From: Bugula neritina
Taxonomy: Eukaryota > Animalia > Bryozoa
Direction of reading: 5' to 3'
Length of the DNA: 64,000 nucleotides
NCBI GenBank assembly: GCA_964035545.1
Contig: OZ037769.1
Coordinates: 2,790,001-2,854,000 of the forward strand
The notes under the pieces are model-generated. The model had not been told where the DNA came from. It did no database searches and worked only from the letters and a program-made list of their open reading frames with translations. Every line of letters begins with the position of its first letter. Position 1 is the first letter of the stretch. Below are positions 27,701-41,294 of this stretch, piece after piece. A program made the translations under genes and the position numbers.

Positions 27701-28887
27701 AGTATGACAACAAAAACTTATAATGTGGCAGTACATCAACACAAGCAATCATGTAATACAAATTATAACGTAGCCATATAGCACTTTGATAGAATTTATT
27801 AAAGTGATACACATATCAAAATACAGTTTATATTAAAATATGCTACATAACTATACTCACTGCTGCCTATGACGTTGATGGCGTTCTGTGCTCCAGAAGT
27901 TGCACTGGAATACTGGTTTGTGACAGCACCTGCGACGCTGTTGCTATGACTCACAAAGAAGTTGGGAACATCCTCAGTGACAAATGACACAAGAGATGGG
28001 CAAGAGTCCTTTCTGCAAATAATTGTACAATCAATTATACTTCCCCCGTGCATTTACAGACCAACTTTTGACATTTTTATACTAAAACTAAAACTAAAAG
28101 ACTATAAGTTAATTAACATTGGCAGGCAAAAAGCAGCAAAAAACATGAGAAAGGGGTTAAGATCAGTATTAAAAGTTTGGGGGGCAGCAAGGGTCTACAG
28201 GGGTGCACAGGGGTTTGAACACTGGCTGAGATGTGAGACAATCTACTTACTTATCTTTACATTTTTGTTTCACGCATGAGGAGCAAGAAGTGTTGGCTAC
28301 TTCCTTGAGATCATCACAGGCGTCATCAATAGGAGCCATGGCATCTAAAGCTGCCTGTAGCTCGGCTGTTTGGGCATCAACAGCGGTTTGTAAAGTTGGA
28401 CCTCCACTGATGGACAAATCTAATAAACATATTCAAAAGCATATTGCATGTATATCACTACTCACTAATCTAGTAATAATCTGCATCAGAAGCTATAACA
28501 CTTAAACATATTATATTAAGGACAAAATGGCATCATTTACAAATGAAATAGCATATAGAAAAATTATACAACTATTCAAGTTTCGTTTATAGAAAGCAAA
28601 AGAATGGTCTAAGAAACTTTTAGAATTAGTTGATCAACAAAAATTGCTTTTTTACCGGAATAAAACAGAGTGTTTCAGAATAAACTGATTATACATAAAC
28701 TATTATGCTTGCATGATGCTTAAAAACAGTTACACCTTGTATACTTTTACTTCACCAAGTTATACATAGTCTCGCACACTTTCTACTCACCAAGTAACAC
28801 ATAGTCTCGAAGCTCAACAATACTGCTTGGTTGTGAGAACACAACCATAGGGAACAGTAGAATACCACAGAAGATCTTGAAAGACAT
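24761..28887 (-). CDS. CLU-like: Secreted clusterin-like protein 1 (~356-361 aa); exons 28887-28791, 28419-28251, 28012-27861, 27414-27343, 26850-26755 (or -26740), 26404-26381, 25920-25768, 25378-25275, 24964-24761
   Basis: Signal peptide; C-x10-C-x2-C-x4-C-x6-C (CDDLKEVANTSCSSCVKQKCKDKKDSC); GKRRR|SL furin site; C-x9-C-x8-C-x2-C-x7-C (CNDLRTNNDKC...CSDCSFDAEISC); C-terminal TDVTVTLFG. The gene model is solid; the family call is by recalled comparison with human clusterin. Confidence 0.75.
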
Positions 28888-28942
28888 CTTGAATCTGGAA
28901 ACAAGTTCTCGTAAAGTGAAGATATTTACAAAACCTCCCCAT

Positions 28943-28949
28943 ATTTATA
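28943..28949 (-). promoter_or_regulatory. Putative TATA box (TATAAAT) of clusterin-like 1
   Basis: Lies about 55-60 nt upstream of the ATG at 28887. Confidence 0.45.
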
Positions 28950-29904
28950 CCAAATCTAACCTACGGTTTTCAGAGCATTCTTGGAAACCAAGTGACATCT
29001 AGCCTTAGTTCTACTTTTGGTAGTGCTTGAAAGTTGGAAATGGAGAGATACACCCCCATTCAAAACAAAGTTTATAAGGAATTAGTGGAGGCAAGCAAAT
29101 ATGAGGGTGACACTATAGACAAAGGGCTAGTTGTAAACTAATATTTGAGTGACCATTCTAGCTAAAAATTGACATCGTACACGTGGCATAATTGTTCAGT
29201 GAGTAGGTTGTCTAAAAATGGTGACCGAAAACATATTTACTGTATTCACTACTACATTCACATATTTACTATATTCACTACATGCTATTATAATGATATT
29301 GCAGTAAAATATTTATGTTACCTTCTATATATCATAATATGTTATTTCAAAATATATATATATTGCCTCTATTCAATTTGTTTAATAAATAATAATAAAT
29401 TAAATAGATGCAATTTAAATGGCATACATGTTATGAGCTGTAAAAATATGATATTTGCTGCAGAATAAATATATGGACACATGGACGCATAGCAATAACT
29501 AATGTAGATAGTATAATTTTTCATTAATATTAATAAGTTTTTGATTTATTTCACTGGAAAAAAATATGATCTTGAAAAAAGCTATTAAATTGTAATCCGT
29601 ACTGTAATAGTAAACTTCAAAATGGTTACAAATGGCTATATAAACTTTCTCTCTCCAAATTGAAAATACTTTAATCTCATCTTTGTGCCCCATAGTGTGG
29701 TGGAAAAACAATAAACACAGTTGTTTAGACTTGAAGATATATCATGCTATATAACAATTATTGCTGTGATATATTTAGAACTAAAAAAGGTTGTATGTAT
29801 AAGGAGACCAAATAATGCAGTGAGTTTATACACTGCTTTTATATCTCAGATAGAATAAACAATGACAAAAAAGGAGCAAATAAGAAAGGTGTTTTGCTTT
29901 AGTA

Positions 29905-30155
29905 TACATAGATATATATGTTTATTGTCGCAGACTGAAAGAAAAGAGCAAAAGAGATATTGTTATAAGCCATAAGTGATAAGTGTTAAGTCATAAGGGA
30001 ATGAATATTAGAAAATGTTGGGTTTATATAACAGTCTAAAAAGTTAGCTAGTTTGTAGTAGCCAGAATCATTGTAGAAAAAGCATAATATAGCTAACATA
30101 GCTATGATAATACAAGTAAAGCTGTGATTATTCAACAAGCTTTCCAACCTCATGT
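29905..30155 (-). mobile_element. Second copy of the dispersed repeat at 9905-10370
   Basis: Reverse-complement similarity; the ORF track also shows similar translations (SFTCIIIAMLAILCFF vs SFSCIITAMPAILCFF). Confidence 0.6.
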
Positions 30156-32253
30156 AATGTCCCAACAAAAGGTATGACACCGAAGCTGTCTATTAAACAT
30201 TAAATAATAGATCTAAGAAACTGCATAATGTAGGTGTGTGAAAAGTTTCAGGTATATGAAAATATAATATTACGCACAAGTATAATAATATAGTAAAAAA
30301 ATAGATTTTTTGAATGCTAGTTCCTCTATGTCTATATATACATAAAATTATATTTTAATAACCCACTGTTTTACATGCTATAAAATAAGAGCTTAGTTCT
30401 AAAAATTATAAAACTGAGTATTTTATTTTTAAAATTCTATTGACGTTTTGTGGCAGTAAAAATAAAATTTGAAACAAATCAACCATGACAATATTACGTG
30501 ACAAGACTAAAATAATGTGTCATATACGTGTAGATGTGTTGACAAGTGTGTCTGCTTTCTAAATATTACTACACATGGGTGTAATACCAGCAGTATTAGA
30601 ATTCTAACAAGTGTCATGTTTCTTTTTGACACCTAGTAGCAGTTGCTTGCAAAAAAAGCATGATGAGAAAGTAGCTGCGTCATTGTCTAACAACTATGCT
30701 GCCTAATAGAATAACTCAAAGAAACTCATTAATGAACATCTTTTCTTGGTATTTTGAGAAGTGGTTGCTCAGTGTAATATAAACTTATTCTATAAGGTCT
30801 TTTATATGTATTAAGATATATATATATTAAATTTGAATGACATTGGTTTTTAGCCTGCGTATACTTGAACGCTTACTTAACTGTTTAAAATACTCTCCTG
30901 TTTGAAAGTATAGAAAGTAAAATAAGTGTTACAGATGCAACGGTAGTCATAAAATTTAATGATTGCTTCAATGCAGTAACAAATTAATACATAAGAGGTT
31001 TGAAAATACATAATGAGCATATAGCAAAGGAAAAAGATAAAGAGTAAACATTAGATGAACGACAGATCTAACACCGAATGGCAAGAAAATGCATGCAAAG
31101 GTAAGAGCAAAAGTTTTTTATGAGAATATGAGAAATATAAAACATTGTCAGGCACTTTATTGTAAGTATGAGGGTAAAAATAATAAAACTTTTGACAATT
31201 TGAAACTCCACATTGAAAATTTTCTTTTTACACTTGCAATGAGCTGCTGGTGACACGTTGTCGAATAGTTGTTGAAACTGCTTACAGAAATAACTTTTTG
31301 TTCATCTAATAACTGTTGTTGTATATTTGGTATATACTTATACACAGTTTATTTTGTGAGGTAACTTTTTTCTTTTTTTCGGTTATTTTTAATACGATCA
31401 AGGCTTTTGCAAAAGTGTATATATATGGTAGCCTACTATAACAGTAGTTGAGTTATTATTTCTTTATTTCTTTAAATAGTGTGCCAAAAATGCTAAAATA
31501 ACTATACTACTATTCATTTATTATGCAATAGCTTAATAGTGTAATAGCCCATAGCTGTAAGTAAAATATGAACGAAAATTAGAATATAATGATTAAATCA
31601 AGTAGTAACAAAATAATTTATTTTAAAGCTAATTTTTGACATAGCAAATACAGCTGAAACTTTTAGAATAAATTTTACATTAGAAAAAGGTAAGAGAATA
31701 TAGCACAAAATCTGAAAAAAACTATTATAGATTAGTGCTAGAATTTTATAGCTAATATACACTGTATCTCAATAGATATATACAAATATTTTTAAAACAT
31801 GAACAACTCTTCTAGAAAGTTTAGGACGTCAATCAGAAAAAAAATAACAATATAAACAGGTTGCAAATTAGGCAACTAATAAATAAAAATAAACTATGCA
31901 TGTATAATTTAGATTATTTTTGCTCTATCAAAATACTATATTTAGGCAGAAACTGTGTCACATAAATATTATATAATGTTTAAAATGGTGGTGTATTGAA
32001 ATATATTTAGAAAATAAAGAAAGAGTTTTACGTATTGCTGGTTGAGATTAATAAACTAAAATTAGTTTCTGCCTGTCACATCTTCCAAGTGTCAGCTGAC
32101 ACGGCAGCTATATTTATCTGCCAGCATATTGAAATATGACAGTTGACATAAGTGGCAGTAGTAAACAAATAAAACTGGATAAACTTGTTGAGATTAAGTC
32201 TGTGCTCATAACATCAGTCATAGGAAGTATAGTCAGTTGATATAACAGAAGGC

Positions 32254-34422
<2,169 letters not shown>

Positions 34423-35519
34423 CACATTCTGAGCTCTTGCAGCTTGTGTAGTGTTTTGAAGTTCACGATAGAAGATCTGTAAAATAATAGCTCTCTAGTT
34501 GCAATATTTAGTTATCAGTATCTAATCGAATTTGCATTATAAAAAAATCGTTGAAAACTTACTACTAATTGCACAAGTAATATGTTTGCTGTTACGCAGC
34601 TTTTACCATAATAATTTTGTTAAATATAACTATACATCACATTAAACTAAACAGTTGAATCTTTATTCTTTTATCTATTTACCACAAAAGGGGGTAGGGG
34701 GTGGTAGTTGCTTCCTATTGCCTCGTTCTTTACAGATTATTGGTTACACGCTCGAAGTCCAAGGCTTGCAGTCTAGCCATTTATAAATATTCTTAGTTTT
34801 AGGGAACATAATTTTAAAATATTTCACAATTTAGATGGTAGAACAGGGAGATAATTTTTAAGCAAAAAAAAATATGCAGTAGTAACCAATTATTTTACAT
34901 CAATTTATTGCAAAAAACTCTATTTAGCTTTATTTATGGTAAATGTCAGCGCAGATGCCTTGATGTAGTAATCTTAGGCAGGCTGTTGCACAGTATACTG
35001 TAGAGTAAGCAATAGATAAAGGAAACTCTCTCGCAATTACTTTAGTATATTTTATTGGCTGCTAAATATTATTAAATAACAGATAAGTAAAACATGTAAT
35101 CTTCAGCAGAATGTTTGCTGTCAATAAAATAGAATAAAATAGATCAAGTAAATTATTAAAAAAAATCACTCCACAACCGAGTTTATTCAACGTAAGGGGA
35201 CTTTCATCAAACACAAACAGTTCCAGCAAAATATCTATGATGAGATTAAACTTTCTACAGAAATTCTCTCTATAACGTTAAGCCGTAAATCTTATTTCTA
35301 CTATACAGCTAAGATTCCAAGTCGAGAAAAATTTCAATTAAAAAAGAGATAATTCTCAAGAACACATTGTCTGTGATATTTCGTATTATTTTATCAGAGT
35401 TAAGACTTTGTACAGGGATGTCATTTGAGTCTCTATACAGGCCGTGAGGTGTAGATGTGACAAGTGATGGGTATGTACAGGTGAGTGGCAGGTGAGCATA
35501 TATGAGTACACAGTATATA

Positions 35520-35693
35520 CAGAATGCAGACATATGAGTTAGCAGAGTGCAGACGTATGAGTTAGCAGAGTGCAGACGTATGAGTTAGTAGAGTGCAGAC
35601 ATATGAGTTAGCAGAGTGCAGACGTATGAGTTAGCAGAGTGCAGACGTATGAGTTAGTAGAGTGCAGACGTATGAGTTAGTAGAGTGTAGACG
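35520..35693. repeat. 23-bp minisatellite (GAGTGCAGACGTATGAGTTAGYA) x~7 in the duplicated UBA2 3' UTR
   Basis: Visible array; the paralogous array at 41125-41254 has fewer units. Confidence 0.9.
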
Positions 35694-35734
35694 TCAAGCA
35701 GTTGGTTTATCAACAGCTACTAGCGGCTGCCATC

Positions 35735-36405
35735 TTAGCTGACTGTCAAATCATCAGCCTTGAGCTTCTTGCTGATCGTCTCATCACCACCATTCGGCGC
35801 CGACCTTTTCCTGTCTCCGGTGGCGGCCATATTTTGTTCAATAACCTCCATTTCATCATCTGAATCTTCTACAAGTTGAACAAAATTGACTCACAGTAAC
35901 TACAACAATCTACAGTAACTACAACAATCTACAGTAACTGGAACAATCTACAGTAACCACAACAATCTACAGTAACTACAACAATCCACATTCTACAGAG
36001 CTGCAACAGTTTACAGCAATTGCAGCAATATATGAGGAACATAACATTGTAATAAACAATTATAATATAGCAATTTAAAATCGTTATGTGTAATGATTAT
36101 GTATAACGAGAATAAAAACTAACTAGAGTAACATAAGAGGGCTAATAATACAGGAAATCCGCCATTTATCACCTGGAATTTGCAATATTAAGTAAAGTCA
36201 TATGCAGGCTGCCACCAGGCTGGTATAACTACAGAATATCCAACAAAATCCATGAGAGCTCAAAGAATAGAAGCTAAATGTGTGTTAATAAACTGCAGTG
36301 CACAACATACCTGTCTTAGCCTCGTTGGGAAGTTTTTCAGGCTGAGCGTTGAGTTGGGTTCTATCAACTATTAGCTTGTACAGTTTACCTTCCTCCAGTG
36401 AGGTG
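35735..36405 (-). pseudogene. UBA2: Duplicated UBA2 terminal exons 13' (36405-36311) and 14' (35868-35735) with intact splice sites and ORF
   Basis: [31 protein letters not shown] and [11 protein letters not shown]...[11 protein letters not shown] match 41872-41778 and 41428-41295. Confidence 0.85.
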
Positions 36406-37331
36406 CTGCAACATCAACACAGAGACGTATAACAACTCAATAACTCAATTGTGAGATTACTTTTTTTCTTTTTTTTTCATTATTTTTAATACGATCAAGA
36501 CTTTTGCAAAAGTGTAATATGGTACTAAAAATAAAGTTATCATTTCTTTATTTCTTTAAATAGTGTGTGAAAAATGCAAAAATAACTACTATTCATTTAT
36601 TATGCAATAGCCTAATAGTGTAATAGCCCATAGCTGTAAGTAAAATAGAAACGAAAATTAGAATATAATGATTGAATCAAGTAGTAACAAAATAATTTAT
36701 TTTAAAGCACATTTTTGGCATGGCAAATACAGCTGAAACTTTTAGAATAAATTTTACATTAGAAAAAGGTAAGAGAATATAGCACAAAATCCTGAAAATA
36801 CTGTTATAGATTAGTGCTAGAATTTTATAGCTAATATACACTGTATCTCAATGGATATATACAAATATTTTTAGAACATGAACAACTCTTCTAAAAAGTT
36901 TAGGACGTCAATCAGAAAAAAATAACAATATAAATAGGTTGCAAATTAGGCAACTAATAAATAAAAATAAACTATGCATGTATAATTTAGATTATTTTTG
37001 CTCTATCACAATACTATATTTAAGCAAAAACTGTGTCACATAAATATTATATAATGTTTAAAATGGTGGTGTATTGAAATATATTTAGAAAATAAAGAAA
37101 GAGTTTTACGTATTGCTGGTTGAGATTAATAAACTAAAATTAGTTTCTGCCTGTCACATCTTCCAAGTGTCAGCTGACACGGCAGCTATATTTATCTGCC
37201 AGCATATTGAAATATGACAGTTGACGTAAGTGGCAGTAGTAAACAAATAAAACTGGATAAACTTGTTGAGATTAAGTCTGTGCTCATAACATCAGTCATA
37301 GGAAGTATAGTCAGTTGATATAACAGAAGGC

Positions 37332-39988
37332 ATGAGATCTGTGCTTGTAAACTCTTGTGTGCTGCTGCTTTTTTGCCAAACATGGCTTATTGATGCATTG
37401 ACAGTCCGACCATTTATTTTGGCTGGTAAGTATTTTCTGTTATTATATTTTTGTGGTTGCAACTTTTCTGGAGAGGTTTTACATTGAAATAATTCTTTTA
37501 ACTTTTGTTACCATTAGAAACTAGAGAACCATTGGCCTGCAGAAATGGTTTCTAAATGAGTAAAGTGGAATATAGCTTGCATATTCCTATATATAATATA
37601 TTTATTGAACAGTTTTTCCATCTTATATTACAACATCTCTACCTGAGGTGGCCTATAATGATGTAAACTTTTTACTACAAACTCTCTGGTGTTCAAAGAT
37701 AATAAAAATTTAAAACTTTGTTTTAATTCAATGACGTAAACCAACTTTAAACTATTCATCCGGTATAAGCAATAGATAGTGCCATGACGAAATAGAATTT
37801 AATTTGGTATTCATTTCAATTTGGACAGATTTGACCAATGGGGTGGCAGCAGTGGTGAGTGAAGAAATCAGAGAGCAGACAACTCTGCTGGAGGCAGCAG
37901 CTGAGAATCAGAGGCTTGTGAATGAACAGTGCGCTGTCTTAGAGCAGCAGTCACGTGACAGCTGCTTGCAGTGCGCCACCGACAAATGTGAAGAAGAGTT
38001 GAGACTTTATAAACTTTATGTTCACGATTAGTATTTTAGTCTTAAAAACTATATAAACATAGTTTCTGGTAAAGTAAATTAACATTAATATGGCCAAACA
38101 AACAATAATTGTTTGGGTTGATGAAAAAGGACAACTCTTCATTATGAAAATTTAATGAACGACAATAATAATTGGTCATTTAATTTTACTGTTGCAAAAA
38201 ATATACTTCATTATTCATGTAGCATAAATCATTTTATAGTGAATGATATACATTAATTACCTTTACTGGTACATATACTGTGAAAGCTGTGTGTTGTTTT
38301 GTATAGGAGATCAAGTTGTACCGCCGCAGCCAACAATGTTGCGAATACTGTTGTAAAATCAGTGAAGAAAAAATTAAGGCGTTGGGGCAGGCGAGAGCTA
38401 AGGCAACTTAAAAAAAAATGTAAGCCCTATTATAGAGCACTGATATATGTATATGATAGCAAATAGGAAATAGTTTATATCAACTATGATTTTTACTAAT
38501 AAATTTATATTTGCTTTTATTTAATTTATATCAATACAAAATTGAAAAATCAAGCTCAATAAGAAAAGATTCTATCTGATTATTGTTTAGATTGCTAAGG
38601 ATAATGGTAAAAACCTAGAACAGATTATTTTGAATGATATACTGTAAATGATATACTATAAATAAAACACTGTGAATAATTTTATATTGTAAATAATATA
38701 CTGTAGATAACATACTGCAGTAAATAATAAACTGTAAATACAGCCAGCCATGCAATAGACTATTCTAACAGCCATTTGTATTAAACTACAAGGAACAATA
38801 ATTTTCAGCAAATGAAAGTCGTGAAAGAAGATTTCTTATAAGTTGTGACGTCTTCAACTCTGGTGGTCCAGTAGATTGTGAAGAATATGCAGATCCTTCC
38901 ATATGCCCTGCTTGTGTGTTTGACAAAGCATCAAGTGAGTACATATAGAGGTCATTGTTGCTGAACTATATATATATATATATATATATATTCATTTCAT
39001 TTATGTCAATACTAAAACAGACACTCATGTACTGCATTTACATGTTGATGTTTAAATGTATATGGTTTTTTACAACAGCCAATGTTTATATATGTAAAAG
39101 TTTACAGCGCCTGCAAACTGGAAATGTTTGGTTTATAGCTTGCATGCAATGAGCAACAAAGAGAGCCAAATAAGTCTGGTGGTTTATAAAGCTCATAAAG
39201 CTTTAAGCTATAATAAAATATTTTAAAAGAGTCTGAATGGATTAACTTGAAAGCACTTGTCATTTTGTGCCATATTCTGCCACTTAGGTTGTCCAGGCTG
39301 GTCAGCTGCTAATGCTGCCACTGAAAGACTTACTGCTGCCACACAATGGATAGAAGCTGCTCAAACAAACGGCAACATTGAAATCACTCAGGTAACAATC
39401 ATTCAGGTGTCAGTAACTCAGGTATCAGTCACTCAGGTATCAGCCACTCAGGTAACAGTCACTCAGGTATCAGTCCCTCAGGTATCAGTCACTCAGGTAA
39501 CGAGTTTGAGGCTACGGTTGTAATTCTTGCGAGAACACAACTTCTTTTGCTAAACTCTAATCTTGAGAACAGGCTTTTCCTGATTTCTCCATTGCTGCAC
39601 CTACCTCAAGATTAAGCCAACTTAAGGGCAAAACTTTGCTAATAATTATATTAAAAAGATTTGTAGTTGCTAGTGGGTTTTGACTGCAGTAAAATACCTT
39701 CCGGTTGCAGTTTTTCCTCAACTATCGAATTAAATTGTAAACCGACAAGGAATTACAACTCCGCATGAAATTGTAATGATTATCACTTTTCATTGGATAT
39801 TGCAGATGCTATATGAGAATAGAGATTATGACCTTGCAACGGGTGGGTTCAGGAACACCGGTGTATTTATAGACATGTTTGGAACTTCCTACACCTTCAC
39901 CATCAGCGAGCCCGTAGATCTCATCAACATTGTTGGGACAGCAAACTTAATCTCTACATACGTTATTAGTGCTGCAAGAAATGCTTAA
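37332..39988 (+). CDS. CLU-like: Secreted clusterin-like protein 3 (~262 aa); exons 37332-37425, 37829-37997, 38307-38419, 38809-38934, 39288-39391, 39806-39988
   Basis: Signal peptide; CAVLEQQSRDSCLQCATDKCEEERSSC; WGRR and RERR processing sites; CDVFNSGGPVDCEEYADPSICPACVFDKASSC; TERLT..W; TGVFIDMFG. Exons of 169 and 104 nt match paralog 1. The exon-2 donor (GTTGAG) is weak. Confidence 0.75.
39383..39502 (+). repeat. 15-bp donor-containing repeat x8, in frame and stop-free
   Basis: CAG|GT every 15 nt from 39392 to 39497. Confidence 0.9.
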
Positions 39989-41294
39989 CACATTCTGAGC
40001 TCTTGCAACTTGTGTAGTGTTTTGGAGTTCATGATAGAAGATCTGTAAAATAATAGCTCTCTAGTTGCAATATTTAGTTATCAGTACCTAATAGAATTTG
40101 CATTATAAAAAAAATCATTGAGAACTTAACACCAACTGCACAAGTTCTAGCAATATAGTTACATACGACAATATGTTCGCTGTTACGCAGCTTTTACCAT
40201 AATAATTTTGTTAAATATAACTATACATCACATTAAATTGAACAGCTGAATCTTTATTCTTTTATCTATTTACCACGAAAGGGGGTAGGGGTGGTAGTTG
40301 CTTCCCATTGCCTCGTTTGTTACAGATTATTGGCTACACGCTGGAAGTCCAAGGCTTGCAGTCTAAGCCACTTACAAATATTTTTAGTTTTAGGGAACAT
40401 AATTTTAAAATATTTCACAATTTAGATGGTAGAACAGGGAGATGGTTTTTAAGCAAAAAAAATATGCAGTAGTAAACAATTATTTTACATCAATTTATTG
40501 CAAAAAACTCTATTTAGCTTTATTTAACCGTAAAGGTCAGCGTAGATGCCCTGATGTAGTAATCCTAGGCAGACTGTTGCATAGTATAATGCAGAGTAAG
40601 CAATAGATAAAGGAAACTCTCTCGCAATTACTTTAGTATATTTTTATTGGCTGCTAAATATTATTAAATAACAGATAAGTAAAACATGTAATCTTCAGCA
40701 GAATGTTTGCTGTCAATAAAATAGAATAAAATAGATTGAGTAGATTGTTAAAAAAAATCACTCCACAACCGAGTTTATTCAACGTAAGGCGACTTTCATC
40801 AAACACAAACAGTTCTAGCAAAATTTCTATAATGAGATTAAACTTTCTACAGAAATTCTCTCTATAACGTTAAGCTGTAAATCTTATTTCTACTATACAG
40901 CTAAGATTCCAAGTCGGGAAAAAATTCAATTAAAAAGGAGATAATTCTCAAGAACACATTGTGATATTATGTATTATTTTATCAGAGTTAAGACTTTGTA
41001 CAGGGATGTCATTTGAGTCTCTATACAGGCCGTGAGGTGCAGATGTGACAGGTGATGGGTATGTACAGGTGAGGGACAGGTGAGCATGTATGAGTACACA
41101 TGTCCTGGGAGCTGCTGAGTATATACAGAGTGCAGACATATTAGCTAGTAGAGTGCAGACGTATGAGCTAGTAGAGTGCAGACGTATGAGTTAGTAGAGT
41201 GCAGACGTATGAGTTAGTAGAGTGCAGACATATTAGCTAGTAGAGTGCAGACGTCAAGCAGTTGGTTTATCAACAGCTACTAGCGGCTGCCATC

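Noticed and set aside
29169-31345. Short ORFs between the divergent clusterin-like genes
   Set aside because: I found no recognisable motifs or splice-compatible chain; part overlaps a dispersed repeat.
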